From: an uncultured Methanosarcinales archaeon
GTDB lineage: Archaea; Nanobdellota; Nanobdellia; Woesearchaeales; JACPBV01
DNA length: 46,406 nt
Reading direction: 5' to 3'
NCBI GenBank assembly: GCA_964577685.1
Contig: CAZNZT010000002.1
Coordinates: forward strand, 62,001 to 108,406
Shown here one piece after another: positions 45,980-46,406 of this stretch. Positions within the stretch are counted from its first letter, which is position 1; the number at the start of each line of letters is the position of its first letter. Both the position numbers and the translations under genes were made by a program. Below the pieces are notes generated by a model, which had not been told where the DNA came from, searched no databases, and saw only the letters and a program-made list of their open reading frames with translations.

Positions 45980-46406
45980 TGAGGATAGCTATATTCCATC
46001 ACTACATGGACAATATTGGTGGGGCTGAAAGAGTAGTGCTTACGCTAGCTAGGGAACTAAGAGCGGATATATATTCTACTGTTGTTAATAAAAAATTAAT
46101 AAAGAAGATGGGTTTTGATATAAATGTAAAAACTATTGGCTGGGTCCCAATAAATCCACCCTTCAGACAACAGCTTTCTTTATTTAGGTTCAGAATGCTT
46201 AATCTAAGTGAGGAGTATGACTTTTTTATAATTGATGGTGATTGGGCAATCTCTGGAGCTGTTAATAACAAACCGAATCTGTGGTATGTTTATTCTCCTA
46301 TCCGGGAGATATGGGATTTATATAAATATAAGAGAAAAAATAATGTTAGCTTTTTCAAAAGACCTTTTTTTGATTGCTGGGTTTATCTTAACAGATACCT
46401 CAACAG
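45979..46406 (+). CDS. GT4 glycosyltransferase, N-terminal part (runs off window; absent from ORF track)
   Basis: Own translation MRIAIFHHYMDNIGGAERVVLTLA...YVYSPIREIWD. Confidence 0.85.
   Translation, partial: MRIAIFHHYMDNIGGAERVVLTLARELRADIYSTVVNKKLIKKMGFDINVKTIGWVPINPPFRQQLSLFRFRMLNLSEEYDFFIIDGDWAISGAVNNKPNLWYVYSPIREIWDLYKYKRKNNVSFFKRPFFDCWVYLNRYLN

Noticed and set aside
46002..46271. 89-aa - strand ORF
   Set aside because: Antisense to the GT4 gene starting at 45979.

Overview
Chromosomal segment of a small-genome archaeon, most likely DPANN and Woesearchaeota-like. This is inferred from rpoL, uL16/L10e, eS6, eIF2-gamma, archease/RtcB, PAC2, TATA-box promoters, tight gene packing and many orphan coiled-coil genes. 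Most of the window is housekeeping genes plus two surface-glycan modification loci (1.4-4.9 kb, and 38 kb to the end). Two non-coding architectures stand out. (1) An integron-like cassette array at about 19.0-25.4 kb with no IntI. Unrelated accessory genes (rhomboid, RHH+methylase+orphan, P-loop protein, MATE, wHTH+PH/SHOCT) are separated by 89-100 bp attC-like hairpins. Their end boxes are complementary from one end of a cassette to the other. They have non-canonical spacing, GNA-triloop sub-hairpins and Xer/dif-like 11-6-11 arms. (2) A compact module at 9.9-13.3 kb: nine helically phased 11-bp repeats, two coiled-coil/wHTH genes, a near-perfect dif-like site, a XerA-type recombinase, a third small coiled-coil gene and an AT-rich tract. 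The dif-like arms (GTATAA/TTATAC) match the cassette-site boxes, suggesting a XerA-driven cassette system. All family assignments come from motif recognition by eye; no searches were run.
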